Below are positions 9,679 to 19,492 of a DNA stretch of 63,877 bases, piece after piece. The stretch spans positions 1 through 63,877 of the forward strand of contig USES01000004.1 of NCBI GenBank assembly GCA_900553785.1, given 5' to 3'. The DNA comes from an uncultured Clostridium sp. (GTDB lineage: Bacteria; Bacillota; Clostridia; TANB77; CAG-465). A model generated the notes under the pieces. It searched no databases and had not been told where the DNA came from. It saw only the letters and a program-made list of their open reading frames with translations. The stretch's first letter is position 1; each line of letters starts with the position of its first letter. The translations under genes and the position numbers were made by a program.

Positions 9679-10071
9679 ATGGATATTAGGGAATATGACA
9701 TAAAAGCTTTAGCATATATAGGAGACGCAGTTTACGAATTGTATGTAAGAAAACACATAATGGAAAATAGTCACGAACAAGTAAATAAGCTTCACAAAAA
9801 AGCTATTAAATATGTAAGTGCTAAAGCTCAGGCACATGTTATAGCAGTGTTAGAGAATAAATTTACGAACGAGGAACAAGCTATATTTAAAAGAGGAAGA
9901 AATGCTGTATCTAATACTGTGCCAAAGAATACTGATGTTATAACATATAAAATTGCTACGGGATTTGAGGCAGTCATTGGGTATCTGTATTTAATTAACG
10001 ATACTGCAAGACTTGATTATATACTAGCAGAATCTATTCAGGCGATAGAAAATAAAAAGGAGGAAATTTAG
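9679..10071 (+). CDS. mrnC: Mini-ribonuclease 3
   Basis: LAYIGDAVYELYVR, KRGRNA and PKNTD motifs align with B. subtilis Mini-III (YazC). Confidence 0.9.
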   Translation: MDIREYDIKALAYIGDAVYELYVRKHIMENSHEQVNKLHKKAIKYVSAKAQAHVIAVLENKFTNEEQAIFKRGRNAVSNTVPKNTDVITYKIATGFEAVIGYLYLINDTARLDYILAESIQAIENKKEEI

Positions 10072-10811
10072 TGCTACAAGTATCAGATATATCCAAGAGT
10101 TTTGGAAATGTAGAGGCAGTAAAAAATGTATCTTTTGAAGCTAAGAATGGAAGAATTCTTGGAATCATTGGAAAAAATGGTGCGGGTAAGTCTACAATTT
10201 TTAGGGTAATTTTAGATATACTTGAACCGGATTCTGGAGAAGTTATATTAGATGGTAAAAAATATAATATTTTATCTAGTAATAAAGTCGGCTTTTTACC
10301 TGAAGAAGGTAGCCTTAATAGTGAACTTACAGTCTATGAGCAAATGTGTTTTTATGGAAGTCTTAGAGGTATGACTGAAGATGAAGTTTCAGAAGAATTA
10401 TTCAAATGGTTAGAAAAGTTTGAAATAGTAGAGTATTTTAATAGAAAAATAAAAGAACTTAGTAAGGGTAACAGACAACGCCTACAGTTTATAGTATCAG
10501 TGCTACACAATCCAGAAGTGGTAATATTAGATGAGCCTTTTTCTGGACTAGATCCACTTGGTGTAGAGATGTTTAAAAAAATACTTATTGAATTAAAACA
10601 AAAGGATAAGATAATTATTTTTTCATCCCATAGAATGGATCATGTTGAACAATTTTCTGATGATATAGTAATATTAAATAGTGGTAAAATAGTTTTAAAA
10701 GGTGATTTAAAAACTGTTAAAACACAATATATGGTTGAACATGGTGACAACAGTGTGACGTTAAACGATATGTTTATAAAACTTCTAGGAGGTGACGCAA
10801 ATGTTCAATAA
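10071..10811 (+). CDS. ABC transporter ATP-binding protein
   Basis: GKNGAGKST Walker A, LSKGNRQR signature, ILDEP Walker B. GTG start overlaps the mrnC stop. Confidence 0.9.
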   Translation: MLQVSDISKSFGNVEAVKNVSFEAKNGRILGIIGKNGAGKSTIFRVILDILEPDSGEVILDGKKYNILSSNKVGFLPEEGSLNSELTVYEQMCFYGSLRGMTEDEVSEELFKWLEKFEIVEYFNRKIKELSKGNRQRLQFIVSVLHNPEVVILDEPFSGLDPLGVEMFKKILIELKQKDKIIIFSSHRMDHVEQFSDDIVILNSGKIVLKGDLKTVKTQYMVEHGDNSVTLNDMFIKLLGGDANVQ

Positions 10812-13017
10812 AAATGTAACTAATGTAGCGAGATTTGACTTTTTAAATACTATGAAGAGCAAGGGTTTCATAATATTAAACATTGTGCTATGCATACTTG
10901 TCGTAGTTGCTATAAACCTTTCTAGTATAATTAGCTTATTTAAGTCTAGCGGAATAATTCATTCTAATGATTATGTTATAGAAGTATGGGATACTCAAGG
11001 AACATTTTTTAAGGATTTGGCTGAGAATAAAAATGATGACTTAATAAAAGAAGTTAAGAGTGCGGACAAAAAAGTAGAATATAATTACGAGAATATTGAT
11101 TCGAAAACAATAGGTATAAATGTAGAAAATGATGACACTGGAATAATTAAAAGTGCTGAAATTATAAGTAAAGACATTATTTCAGATGATGTGACAGAAT
11201 ATATTACAAATACTTTAACAAAAATAAGAAATAAAACAATAGAGAATAAATATCAAATATCAGAAGGTGATTCTAAGTTGTATAAAGAGAATGTTGAATT
11301 AAAAGAGACAATATTATCTAATGCCAAGAATCAAAATCAATTGACAGGAATTTTATCAACTATAATTGGATATATAATATTCATGTTGGTAATGACAATT
11401 ACAACTACTGTAGCATCTAGTATAGCTAATGAAAAAACTTCAAAAAGTGCAGAATATATTTTAAGTACAATTCCTTCAAAAGATTATTTAAATGGAAAAG
11501 TTTTAGCTGCTAATTTAAAAACAATATTAACGATAATTCTAATAATATTCTACGTTTTAATGGGATTAGTTTTAAACACAGCTATTATGCCGTCAGGCAT
11601 TACAGGAGCAGACTCAATATCTAGTGATTTTAGTGCATTAGGTGGTCAGAAAATAGAATTTAATGGATTTGTGTATTTGGCTATAATAATATTTATGATA
11701 TTTATTACAAATACCCTTATTTCGTATATACAAGCAGGTTTGGCATCTAGAATTAAAAGTATAAGTGAGTTAGACAGTGCAATAATGCTTCCTACAGTAA
11801 TACTTGTGGTTGCATATTTCATTTCAAATATGTTGCCAAATACAAGCAGTATTTTGACTAATATATTAGCTTGTATACCTATACTTTCTATGTACATATT
11901 ACCAACTGCGTATATGTTAAATAAAGTTAGTATAATAGTTATAACTATATCATTTGCGGTATTGTTAATTACATTAGTAATTGTATACAAAGTTGTTTCT
12001 AGCAAGTTCAAAAATAATCTTTTGGATTTAGGAAAGAAAAAACTAGAAAAAGAAGATGAAGAAGTTGCAATAAAAAGAGCAGAGGAAAAAAAGTTATTTA
12101 GCGTTAAATTAAAAAAGTTTGTTATGTGTGTGGCTTTTTCACTTATACTATCAATAACTTTAGGAAATACTTTTGGGGTTATTCCATATTTTACTAATAA
12201 TGAGAACTTAAAACTTGTTTTAAATTCATTAGTTTTTGTTATATATATTGGAGTACCAGCCTTAGTACTAAGTAAATTATTTTCTAACACATCAAAGGTA
12301 AAAAAAGATAAAAAGGTTCAAGAACAGCAAAGAAGAGAAAAAATAAAATGGTACCTGATTGGTCTTGTGGGTCTTGTGATAGCTCAGATTATTAACACGA
12401 TCTTTGTATATGTTTTTAATATTAACCAGAGTCAAGCAATGGAAGTTGCACTAACAGTACCATCTACTTTGACAGGAATAATATTGTTTGTTGTATATTT
12501 AGCTTTAATTCCAGCTATATTTGAGGAGCTATTGTTTAGAAAAGTTATACTAAGTGGTGCAAAGCAATTTGGAGATATATTTGCAATATTGTTTACATCT
12601 ATATTGTTTGGTTTATTCCACCAAAATTTACAACAAATACTTGGTACTGCGCTCATAGGTGCAGTGTTGGCTATAGTTACACTTAAGACGGGGGATATAA
12701 AAACTTCAATGTGTATACATTTTACAAACAATTTATTTGCAACCTTGGTACAAATTATATATACACAAATGGGTAATGGCAATATAACTACGACGTCTTT
12801 AGTATGTATTTCTCTTGTTTTAGTAATAGCGATATTTGTATTTATAGGTCTAGTTTTACTAATTAAGATATTGATTACTAAAAAAGGAACACTTAAAATT
12901 TCTACTGATGAAGAAAAATGTAAGGTAAAACTAACAAGTATTTTTGCAAATTACTATGTTTTAATATTGTTTATAACGATGTTACTTACTACAATACTAA
13001 ATTCGAAAGTAAGCTAA
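10801..13017 (+). CDS. Fusion of an ABC-2 type permease and a CPBP (CAAX/Abi) intramembrane protease
   Basis: The N-terminal half has one TM, a large loop and a TM bundle. After a KKKLEKEDEE linker the C-terminal half carries the CPBP motifs EELLFRK, FGLFH and HFTNN. Start moved to ATG 10801 behind AGGAGGTGA. Confidence 0.8.
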   Translation: MFNKNVTNVARFDFLNTMKSKGFIILNIVLCILVVVAINLSSIISLFKSSGIIHSNDYVIEVWDTQGTFFKDLAENKNDDLIKEVKSADKKVEYNYENIDSKTIGINVENDDTGIIKSAEIISKDIISDDVTEYITNTLTKIRNKTIENKYQISEGDSKLYKENVELKETILSNAKNQNQLTGILSTIIGYIIFMLVMTITTTVASSIANEKTSKSAEYILSTIPSKDYLNGKVLAANLKTILTIILIIFYVLMGLVLNTAIMPSGITGADSISSDFSALGGQKIEFNGFVYLAIIIFMIFITNTLISYIQAGLASRIKSISELDSAIMLPTVILVVAYFISNMLPNTSSILTNILACIPILSMYILPTAYMLNKVSIIVITISFAVLLITLVIVYKVVSSKFKNNLLDLGKKKLEKEDEEVAIKRAEEKKLFSVKLKKFVMCVAFSLILSITLGNTFGVIPYFTNNENLKLVLNSLVFVIYIGVPALVLSKLFSNTSKVKKDKKVQEQQRREKIKWYLIGLVGLVIAQIINTIFVYVFNINQSQAMEVALTVPSTLTGIILFVVYLALIPAIFEELLFRKVILSGAKQFGDIFAILFTSILFGLFHQNLQQILGTALIGAVLAIVTLKTGDIKTSMCIHFTNNLFATLVQIIYTQMGNGNITTTSLVCISLVLVIAIFVFIGLVLLIKILITKKGTLKISTDEEKCKVKLTSIFANYYVLILFITMLLTTILNSKVS

Positions 13018-13075
13018 ATTATAGCTTGTAACATAATTCTCCTTAGATAATATAATATCTTAAGGGGGATTTTTT

Positions 13076-13477
13076 ATGGAATGTGAAAAAGACGTTTTAA
13101 AACCATGTACATATATTGCAGAGAATAATAACATGTGTGTTACTAACAAAGAAAAATATATGCCAATTCAGTCATTGGGACCGGAAATTTATACTTTTAT
13201 ATATAAAGTGGTAGAGATAAACTTAAATAAACACATAAAACAAAACAATATGCCTAAATGTATTGCTAAAGATGAATTTAATTTGATTGTAAATGATTGT
13301 ATGTGTGATTTAACTAGACAAGAGAAAAGTTATAAAGAGATGCTAAAGTCTCGCTCAACTGGAATAGATGATGATTCAAGAGCTTTTTGCAATAATTGTA
13401 ATGGCCTTTTAAAGTCTGTTATAGAGATAGCACTTATTACATCATTGTTAAATGGCGGATGTATGTTTTGTTACTAA
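13076..13477 (+). CDS. Cys-rich hypothetical protein (10 Cys, ends GGCMFCY)
   Basis: ORF with AAGGGGGA SD. No recognised family. Confidence 0.6.
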   Translation: MECEKDVLKPCTYIAENNNMCVTNKEKYMPIQSLGPEIYTFIYKVVEINLNKHIKQNNMPKCIAKDEFNLIVNDCMCDLTRQEKSYKEMLKSRSTGIDDDSRAFCNNCNGLLKSVIEIALITSLLNGGCMFCY

Positions 13478-13538
13478 AAAATTGAAGTGTGAAACAGTTT
13501 TATTGGTTTGTTTCACGCTTTTTTAAGTATAAAGAAAG

Positions 13539-13567
13539 TTGAAAGTTTACGTATTTTGCTATATAAT
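13539..13567 (+). promoter_or_regulatory. Sigma-A promoter of ogg
   Basis: TTGAAA, 17 nt, TATAAT. Confidence 0.6.
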
Positions 13568-13586
13568 AACAGTGAGGTAAAAGGTT

Positions 13587-14435
13587 ATGAATAGTGATTT
13601 ATGTTTAAAAGTGGATACTTTTAATTTGAAATATACATTAGAATGTGGACAATGTTTTAGATGGGAAAAAGTAGAAGAAAACGAATATATTGGTGTAATA
13701 GAAGATAGAGTTTTAAGGGTAAGACAAGAGGAAAATGTGCTCTATGTATGGTCAAATAAAAAAGAAAATTTAGAAGATGTTGTAAAAAATTATTTTGACT
13801 TAAATAAAGATTATTTAAGTCTTGAAAAAGAAATTTCAAAGGTGGACCACAATATAGAGCAAGCACTAAAGTTTTCTAGTGGAATTAGGATACTAAAACA
13901 GCCATTATTTGAAACGTTTATATCTTATATCATTTCTGCTAATAATAATATTAAAAGGATAAGCAGATCTGTAAATGACATAAGCAAAACTTATGGTAAA
14001 GAGGTAGAATTTGAAGGCAAAAAATACTATCTTTTTCCTAGTTTAAATGAGTTTAGTAATTGCAATAATGAAACACTTTTAAAATGTGGATTGGGTTTTA
14101 GAGCAAGATATGTGGTACATAACATAGAACTTTTAAAAGAAAACCCTGAATTATTAGATGATATACAAAAACTTTCAACGCCTGAAGCTAAGAAGAATTT
14201 AATGAATTTCATGGGAGTAGGTCCAAAGGTGGCAGATTGTATAATGCTTTTTTCTATGGATCGAGGAGAAGTTTTTCCTGTAGATGTGTGGGTAAAGAGA
14301 ATAATGGAAAAACTATATTTTAAAAAGAATGTGTCTATTAAGGATATAAGTAAATTTGCAAACGATACATTTGGTGTAAATGCTGGAATAATTCAGCAAC
14401 ATTTATTCTATAATGTAAGAGAAGGAGTGCTTTAG
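13587..14435 (+). CDS. ogg: 8-oxoguanine DNA glycosylase (HhH-GPD, Ogg family)
   Basis: ECGQCFRW N-terminal motif. HhH-GPD element GVGPKVADCIMLF with a downstream FPVDVWV Asp. Confidence 0.8.
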   Translation: MNSDLCLKVDTFNLKYTLECGQCFRWEKVEENEYIGVIEDRVLRVRQEENVLYVWSNKKENLEDVVKNYFDLNKDYLSLEKEISKVDHNIEQALKFSSGIRILKQPLFETFISYIISANNNIKRISRSVNDISKTYGKEVEFEGKKYYLFPSLNEFSNCNNETLLKCGLGFRARYVVHNIELLKENPELLDDIQKLSTPEAKKNLMNFMGVGPKVADCIMLFSMDRGEVFPVDVWVKRIMEKLYFKKNVSIKDISKFANDTFGVNAGIIQQHLFYNVREGVL

Positions 14436-14437
14436 AT

Positions 14438-14995
14438 ATGGGAAAATTAACGTGGAAACCAGGTACAATGGAATATCCCCTGCCTGCTGTTTTAGTGTCT
14501 TGTGGTGATATGGATAATTCAAATGTATTAACAGTTGCGTGGACTGGAATTTTGTGTACAGACCCTGCAATGACATATGTATCTATTCGTAAAGAAAGAT
14601 ACTCATATAATATTATTAAAAATACTAAAGAGTTTGTTATAAACCTAACAACTGAGGATTTGGTAAAAGCTACAGACACAGCAGGAGTTAAATCTGGTAG
14701 AAATATAGATAAGTTTAAGATGCTTGATTTAACTAAGGAAAAAGCAACTACTTTATCGTGCCCTATGATAAAAGAAAGCCCAGTAAACATTGAATGTAAA
14801 GTGGAAGAAATAAAAGAACTGGGTAGTCACGATATGTTTGTTGCTAGAATTACTGCGGTAAATGTAGATGATAAATATCTTGATGAAACGGGTAAATTTG
14901 ATTTAGAAAAGTGCAATCTAATAGCATATTCACATGGAGCATATTATACTTTAGGTAAAAAACTTGGTAAATTTGGATTTAGTGTAAAAAAATAA
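14438..14995 (+). CDS. Flavin reductase-like (split-barrel FMN-binding) protein
   Basis: PAVLVSCG..NVLTVAWTG motif typical of the Flavin_Reduct family. Confidence 0.75.
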   Translation: MGKLTWKPGTMEYPLPAVLVSCGDMDNSNVLTVAWTGILCTDPAMTYVSIRKERYSYNIIKNTKEFVINLTTEDLVKATDTAGVKSGRNIDKFKMLDLTKEKATTLSCPMIKESPVNIECKVEEIKELGSHDMFVARITAVNVDDKYLDETGKFDLEKCNLIAYSHGAYYTLGKKLGKFGFSVKK

Positions 14996-15011
14996 TAGTT
15001 TTTAATAACGT

Positions 15012-15051
15012 AAAAAACAAACTGCAATCACTTTTTGCAGTTTGTTTTTTT
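15012..15051. terminator. Bidirectional terminator
   Basis: AAACAAACTGCA / TGCAGTTTGTTT stem with flanking A- and T-runs between convergent genes. Confidence 0.8.
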
Positions 15052-15052
15052 C

Positions 15053-16168
15053 TTACTTAATATTAAATATTCCTTGATCTGTAACTAATGTATGAATATT
15101 GTATAAAAACAATACTTCGTCAATATTATTTTCTTTTATATATTCCGTAATACTTGAAGAATAGTATCTTGGATCTATTACATGTGTATATTTAAAATTA
15201 TTTACTACAAATGGTACAAATGAGTTAGCATAGGAATCCTTAATAACTAATAAGTTTTTGCCAGATTTCATACTTTCATTTTCTACAATTACTAGCCCTT
15301 GATTTTCATCTAAAAACATAGCGTATTTATCTTTTTTGTTTAAGTAGTCTTTGTTGTATAAGCTATCTGTTACTTTACCACTTCTTACATAGGTTACTTT
15401 TAGTTTTGTGTTTACATTTGTATATGTTGTAATACTATCTGGAGTAACGTTATATAAAGCGGCTTTTGAGAAAGTGGTTCCTAAAAAGCTATCTGATACA
15501 ATCTCTTCTTTGAATTTATCCAGTGCAAGTGGTTCTTCATTTATTGAGTTTATGAATTTTCTGTAAGCCTCATAAGCAGCGCGTGTAGTCCAGTGGTGAT
15601 CAAGTTTGTAGTAAGCTTGAATATTGTTATTTTTTAACTCTTTTAATTCATTATATAAGTCGATTGTGTCACAATTTTCTAATTTTGAGTAAATAGACTT
15701 AATCCTATCTGTTTCAGAATACTCAGTTGCATATTTTGGTAATAAATCCTGATTTAATGTTATTGATGTAGGTACAATCATAACAGTTGTGTGGTAATCT
15801 GAGCCTTTTGAAATTACGTTTATCATACTAGAGATTCTGTTTAATCTATTATCTTCAATATATGTATTTTTTTCTATTAAATATCCATCAGATGCTATGT
15901 ATACACCGTTATTTTCTGTTTTACCTAGTGCTAACTCTGTATCTGTTTTAAGCTTTACGAAAGCATCTCTTAAAGGAAAGTGATCTTGTATATACTTTTC
16001 AAAACTTATCATAAAAGAACCATCAGCTAAAGTATTAAATGTAATGCCAGGAAATTCTTCTAAATATCTGTTCTCATTTTCAGAAAATGAATCTTTAGGC
16101 GATACAATGAAAAGAATTGAAAAAATTACGATTATTATACTAAAAGCTATTCCAAAATATTTTTTCAT
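15053..16168 (-). CDS. DHHW-motif protein (AlgJ/AlgX/DltD-like extracytoplasmic acyltransferase)
   Basis: N-terminal anchor and the KLDHHWT motif. Confidence 0.75.
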   Translation of the reverse strand: MKKYFGIAFSIIIVIFSILFIVSPKDSFSENENRYLEEFPGITFNTLADGSFMISFEKYIQDHFPLRDAFVKLKTDTELALGKTENNGVYIASDGYLIEKNTYIEDNRLNRISSMINVISKGSDYHTTVMIVPTSITLNQDLLPKYATEYSETDRIKSIYSKLENCDTIDLYNELKELKNNNIQAYYKLDHHWTTRAAYEAYRKFINSINEEPLALDKFKEEIVSDSFLGTTFSKAALYNVTPDSITTYTNVNTKLKVTYVRSGKVTDSLYNKDYLNKKDKYAMFLDENQGLVIVENESMKSGKNLLVIKDSYANSFVPFVVNNFKYTHVIDPRYYSSSITEYIKENNIDEVLFLYNIHTLVTDQGIFNIK

Positions 16169-16179
16169 ATAGGCACCTC

Positions 16180-17586
16180 CTAAAATCTAAAATACAAAAA
16201 TGGGTTGTATGAAGAGTTTACTAAGTAAGCAACACTTAATACAAATATTCCAATACATATTATAAGAGAAGCTGTGTCAAATATAACAGATAGAGCTTTC
16301 TTATTTTCGAATTTCTTATTTAACTTTTTATATATTGTTTTCATTAGCGGCGTACAGCCTATAATACATATTACAATTATTATAGCGTAGTTTTTTAGGT
16401 AATATAACGTTTCAGTAGAAACAAATGAATTGCCTATACCAAACATTTTACTAAACCAGTTACTTAAAGATTTAAAGTCATCAAATGCAAATATTGCCCA
16501 ACTTATTAGTACTAAAAAGTCAGTATAAATAATTCTTAGTATATTAGGTAATTTTTCTATATACTTTTTAAGCCAGAATTTTTCTATTAAAAGTAGTACA
16601 CCAAAGTATAATCCCCATATAATAAAATTCCAACTTGCTCCATGCCAAAGACCAGTTAGGCCCCAAACTACTAATATATTTCTAATGTGGCGTGCTTTGC
16701 TACATCTATTTCCACCAAGTGGAATGTATACGTAATCTCTAAAAAATGTTGAAAGTGACATGTGCCATCTACGCCAAAAATCTGTTACTGAGTTTGCTAT
16801 ATACGGATAATTAAAGTTTTCAAAGAAACTGAATCCTAGCATTTTTCCCATTCCTATTGCCATATCTGAATATGCTGAAAAATCAAAATAAATTTGGAAA
16901 CCAAATGCTATAGTTCCAAGCCATGCCATAGTAACAGTAATATCTTGACTTGCACAAATACTGTTGTATAAAGCTCCAATATTGTTTGCAATTAAAACTT
17001 TTTTGCCAATACCTATTATAAATCTGGTAAAACCTTTTGAAAACTTTTCTAAAGTAACAGTTCTGTTGTGAAGTTCTTCGCTAATTGTTTCATATCTAAC
17101 TATTGGTCCTGCAATAAGTTGAGGGAATAGTGATACATATGTTGTAAAATAAAGGAAGTTTCTTTCTGGTTTAACAGTTTTTTTATATACATCTACAGTG
17201 TAGCTTAAAATTTGGAATGTGTAAAAACTTATTCCTATAGGTAAACTTAAACTTAAGCTATTTATACTCAAACCAAATACAAGATTTATATTGTCTATTA
17301 AAAAGTTTGCATATTTAAAAAATCCAAGTACGGCTAAGTAAATAATAATTGTTATAACTAAAATCAATTTATTTTTCTTTGGATATTTTTCCATCCACAA
17401 AGCTGTTATGTATCCCACAAAACAGGTTGCTATCATAAGAAAAACATAAACTGGTTCTCCCCAAGCATAGAATATAAGGCTAGTAATAAGAAGGAGAATA
17501 TTCTTCGCCTTCTTTGGTACTATATAATATAATAAAAATGTAATTGGGAAGAATACAAATAGAAAGGGTAAACTACTAAATACCAT
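16180..17586 (-). CDS. MBOAT family membrane O-acyltransferase (AlgI/DltB/PatA-like)
   Basis: Polytopic. FWRRWHMSLS and conserved His (GLWHG) motifs. Confidence 0.9.
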   Translation of the reverse strand: MVFSSLPFLFVFFPITFLLYYIVPKKAKNILLLITSLIFYAWGEPVYVFLMIATCFVGYITALWMEKYPKKNKLILVITIIIYLAVLGFFKYANFLIDNINLVFGLSINSLSLSLPIGISFYTFQILSYTVDVYKKTVKPERNFLYFTTYVSLFPQLIAGPIVRYETISEELHNRTVTLEKFSKGFTRFIIGIGKKVLIANNIGALYNSICASQDITVTMAWLGTIAFGFQIYFDFSAYSDMAIGMGKMLGFSFFENFNYPYIANSVTDFWRRWHMSLSTFFRDYVYIPLGGNRCSKARHIRNILVVWGLTGLWHGASWNFIIWGLYFGVLLLIEKFWLKKYIEKLPNILRIIYTDFLVLISWAIFAFDDFKSLSNWFSKMFGIGNSFVSTETLYYLKNYAIIIVICIIGCTPLMKTIYKKLNKKFENKKALSVIFDTASLIICIGIFVLSVAYLVNSSYNPFLYFRF

Positions 17587-17603
17587 GTATCCTCCTTATA
17601 AAT

Positions 17604-18083
17604 TTATATATTTTCGTTAATTACAGTTTTTACGTTGTTTACATCTGATGTCATGATTAAAACTACATACTCACCATTTACGTAAACTATACCGTCTGTT
17701 GCAATTTTATATTGTTCTGCATCATAGTTGTTCATTGAGTCCATTGCTTGTTTTTTTATTGCCACAAGTTGAGACTCAAGAGTTTTTCTATCATCTGTAT
17801 TTTTAACTTTAAATATGGCAATTGTGTCAACAAAATAAGAAGTAGAATTTGCCATAAATATATAGTCATCTGCTTTAGTAGTATCAATTCCGTATCTCAT
17901 ATCTAAGTCAGAAGCGCTTCTTGCAATCATATCTGATGGAAGAGATACTTTTTCAGATATTTTCTTGTACAGCTCTTCACAAGTAACGTTTGCTTTTGGT
18001 GTTTTATTCATATTCATAGCAATAAGTACAGCCGCTAAAACAACTACTATGATTCCTAAAATTATTAAAATACTTTTTTTCAT
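17604..18083 (-). CDS. DUF4358-like exported protein
   Basis: Start moved to ATG 18083 behind GGAGG. N-terminal TM/signal. Resembles the ORF at 58904..59428. Confidence 0.65.
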   Translation of the reverse strand: MKKSILIILGIIVVVLAAVLIAMNMNKTPKANVTCEELYKKISEKVSLPSDMIARSASDLDMRYGIDTTKADDYIFMANSTSYFVDTIAIFKVKNTDDRKTLESQLVAIKKQAMDSMNNYDAEQYKIATDGIVYVNGEYVVLIMTSDVNNVKTVINENI

Positions 18084-18100
18084 GATAACCTCCAAGTTTT

Positions 18101-19276
18101 CTAAATATTATTTGAAGCAAAGCTTCTTAAAACTTTAACCCATTCAATATAAGCTGATTCTGTTAAGTGATATTTTCCATCACTTGCGTATTTTCCCATT
18201 AAGTATCCATCACTATCCATCAAGTATGATGCCACGTCTATTACTGTAACACCCCAACTTGAAGCTAATTCTCTTAATTTACTATTAAATAGTCTAATAT
18301 TTGAATTATTTAAATATGTTAATTGGTAAGATTTTGTCATTGGTGTTGTAGTAAGTATGTATATTTTCACATTTGGACTTTTTTCACGAATTGCATCTAT
18401 TAAAGTTTTGTAATTTGTAATAGAGTCTGTTACACCATAAAGTCCTAAGTCATTCATTCCAAACATCATAAATACTTTATCTACTTTTAAAGCGGCAGTT
18501 AGATCCCACAATTGTGTTTGGTAACCTTTGTATGTTGGATGTATAGAATTAGAACTTACAGCTTTTAATGCATTGCCTAATCCATAGCTTCCCATTCCAT
18601 ATACAATCATTCCACCTAAAAAGCCTTTTTCTTGTTTAGCAACATAGTTTTGAAATCCAAGAGTTACAGAGTCACCATAAAAAACAGAGTTGTTAAAAAA
18701 CTTATCAGCGGCAGCCTCTGTTACTCCAGATTTTAAAGTGTTTCCTGTGTAGTGTTTTGTATCTACAGGTGTATTTGAAACAGATACTCCAGTACTTTCT
18801 GCAATATGACGGCCTTCTCCTGTTGTTCCCTCACGAGGAGTTTTAGTTGTTAAATACTCGCTAGATGCGTAAGCAAAGTCACCATTGTCTAGTTTTATTT
18901 TATCCCATCCATTATCTCCTATACCAACTCTTGTAAATTTAGTATCAGGAGCGGCTTGGAATAAAATGTCGCCATCTAAGCTTGGTTTCTTGCGTATATT
19001 TAAATATATTGATGTGTATACAACATCATTGGCTGTTTCAAACTTCACGCCATATTCACTACTTATATTATCATCTTTTGGCTCTTCTGTATTGTTTTGG
19101 TTATTATCTTTATTATCGGTAGGCGTGTTTATTTCATTTGGTTCTTTGTATGGCTCAACGTTATTTGAGTTTTTTCCAATAATTAAAATAACGAGCACTA
19201 CAATTATTGCAACAATTACAGCTACAGCAATATAAAATAGTTTGTTATTATTTTTAGTTTCTTCATATTTTCGCAT
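18101..19276 (-). CDS. Membrane-anchored SH3b plus SGNH/GDSL hydrolase-acyltransferase domain protein
   Basis: TM helix, low-complexity linker, SH3b-like segment (NIRKKPS..GWDKIKL), GDS (FYGDSVTLG) and GMNDLG blocks. Confidence 0.75.
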   Translation of the reverse strand: MRKYEETKNNNKLFYIAVAVIVAIIVVLVILIIGKNSNNVEPYKEPNEINTPTDNKDNNQNNTEEPKDDNISSEYGVKFETANDVVYTSIYLNIRKKPSLDGDILFQAAPDTKFTRVGIGDNGWDKIKLDNGDFAYASSEYLTTKTPREGTTGEGRHIAESTGVSVSNTPVDTKHYTGNTLKSGVTEAAADKFFNNSVFYGDSVTLGFQNYVAKQEKGFLGGMIVYGMGSYGLGNALKAVSSNSIHPTYKGYQTQLWDLTAALKVDKVFMMFGMNDLGLYGVTDSITNYKTLIDAIREKSPNVKIYILTTTPMTKSYQLTYLNNSNIRLFNSKLRELASSWGVTVIDVASYLMDSDGYLMGKYASDGKYHLTESAYIEWVKVLRSFASNNI

Positions 19277-19348
19277 AGAAATTTCCCCCCTAAAATTTGG
19301 TTAAATTATATAACAATAGTGTGCATAATGCAAGGAGATTAAACAAAC

Positions 19349-19403
19349 TTAAATAATATCTTAAATGACACTTGAAAAGTGAAAAAACTTAGTGTAGAAT
19401 TTT
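19349..19403 (+). repeat. 55-nt promoter module, copy A (upstream of lemA)
   Basis: 51 of 55 nt identical to 23246-23300. Contains TTGAAA (19372-19377), 17 nt, TAGAAT (19395-19400). Confidence 0.85.
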
Positions 19404-19492
19404 GAAAAATAGGTAAGAAAAGTGTCGAAATATTTGGAAAATAATCCAAATGTAAAACAGGCCAAACAAAATTGTTGAAATGGAGGTAAAAA

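Noticed and set aside
11646-12290. 214-aa antisense ORF inside the ABC-2/CPBP gene
   Set aside because: It has low-complexity hydrophobic translation, no SD, and is fully nested opposite a well-supported gene. The same reasoning applies to 12432..12782, 14338..14790, 31520..32020, 55010..55492 and 62694..63143.
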